From an uncultured Chloroflexia bacterium (GTDB lineage: Bacteria > Chloroflexota > Limnocylindria > Limnocylindrales > CSP1-4): a stretch of DNA of 64,000 bases. Below the pieces are notes generated by a model, which did no database searches, had not been told where the DNA came from, and was given only the letters and a program-made list of their open reading frames with translations. The stretch spans positions 896,001 through 960,000 of the forward strand of contig CAWHXD010000008.1 of the NCBI GenBank assembly GCA_963833225.1. Direction: 5' to 3'. Shown one piece after another: positions 62,913-64,000 of this stretch. Every line of letters starts with the position of its first letter. Within the stretch, counting starts at the first letter, position 1. Both the position numbers and the translations under genes were made by a program.

Positions 62913-64000
62913 TCAGACGGCCGCGTCCACGATCGCGCGGGCCTCTTCCAGGATCCGGGCCAGGTGCTCGTCGCCCCGGAACGATTCCGCGTACAGCTTG
63001 GTCACGTTCTCGGTGCCCGACGGGCGAGCCGCGAACCAGCCCTGATCGGTGGTGACCTTGAGGCCGCCGATGGACGCCCCGTTGCCGGGCGCCCTCGTGA
63101 GCTTCGCGGTGATCGGGTCGCCGGCCAGCGTCGTCGCCGTCACGGCGTCGGGTGAGAGACGACCGAGGGCGGCCTTGACCTCGGGCGTCGCGGGCGCATC
63201 GACGCGCCGGTACGCGGGCGCCCCGAACTGGTCCGTGAGCCCCGCGTAGACCTCGGACGGGTTCTTGCCCGTCCTCGCCGTCAGCTCCGCGGCCAGCAGG
63301 CAGGCGATGAGGCCGTCCTTGTCGGTCGTCCACACAGTGCCGTCCCGGCGCAGGAACGACGCCCCGGCACTCTCTTCGCCGCCAAAGCCGACCGAGCCGT
63401 CGACCAGCCCGTCGACGAACCACTTGAAGCCCACCGGGACCTCGAGCAGCCGTCGGCCCAGCGACGCGGTCACCCGGTCGATGATCGAGGACGAGACGAG
63501 CGTCTTGCCCACCACCACGTCCGCGCCCCACTCGCGGCCACCGCCGAACAGGTAGGAGATCATCGCCGCCAGGACGTGGTTGGGGTTCATCAGCCCGGCA
63601 CCGGGCACCACGACGCCGTGGCGGTCTGCGTCGGCATCGTTGCCGAGGGCCAGGTCGAACCGGTCGCGCAGCTCCACCAGCCGGGCCATCGCGAATGGCG
63701 ACGACGGGTCCATCCGGATCTTGCCGTCCCAGTCGAGGGTCATGAACGCGAAGGCGGGGTCCACGGTCTCGTTGGTGACGGTGAGGTCCAGGCCGTAGCG
63801 CTCGCCGATCATGCCCCAGTACCCGACCGCCGCCCCGCCGAGCGGATCCACGCCAAGCCGCAGGCCGGACGCGCGGATGGCCTCAAGGTCGATGACGTTC
63901 GGGAGATCGCCGACATACACGCCGCGGAAGTCGTACTCGCCGGCCTGGGCACGAGCCCGGTCGAACGGGACGCGCCGGATGCGGTTGAGCCCCTCGGCTC
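62913..64000 (-). CDS. pgm: Phosphoglucomutase (3' part; 5' end beyond window)
   Basis: [49 protein letters not shown]. Confidence 0.95.
   Translation of the reverse strand, partial: AEGLNRIRRVPFDRARAQAGEYDFRGVYVGDLPNVIDLEAIRASGLRLGVDPLGGAAVGYWGMIGERYGLDLTVTNETVDPAFAFMTLDWDGKIRMDPSSPFAMARLVELRDRFDLALGNDADADRHGVVVPGAGLMNPNHVLAAMISYLFGGGREWGADVVVGKTLVSSSIIDRVTASLGRRLLEVPVGFKWFVDGLVDGSVGFGGEESAGASFLRRDGTVWTTDKDGLIACLLAAELTARTGKNPSEVYAGLTDQFGAPAYRRVDAPATPEVKAALGRLSPDAVTATTLAGDPITAKLTRAPGNGASIGGLKVTTDQGWFAARPSGTENVTKLYAESFRGDEHLARILEEARAIVDAAV

Overview
Very GC-rich bacterial window. The gene repertoire and style suggest a Chloroflexota/Actinomycetota-like organism; this is inference. 1-28 kb holds housekeeping and envelope genes: NHEJ ligD and ku, a subtilase, a GlcD-like oxidase, an M1 peptidase, bioY, an ABC exporter, a CAP protein, tRNA-His and a small polysaccharide cluster. 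Many are broken by single-base frameshifts that look like long-read indel errors. About 27.6-58.9 kb is a coherent ~30 kb catabolic island. It has a three-subunit molybdenum hydroxylase, a cyclase/formamidase, an MBL hydrolase, two SDRs, two inverted Zn-ADH paralogs, a split transketolase, a Liv-type ABC importer, an EamA transporter and two GntR/FCD regulators. It also has two complementary incomplete PEP-dikinase-family proteins, an HPr-kinase-like protein and a metallophosphatase. Five copies of a TCGATWATCGA palindrome lie upstream of the island's operons, four of them overlapping or next to sigma70-like -35/-10 promoters, defining a candidate regulon. The window ends with a methyltransferase, a pirin, a zinc-finger protein, repeats and phosphoglucomutase. 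No CRISPR array, integrase or transposase was seen.
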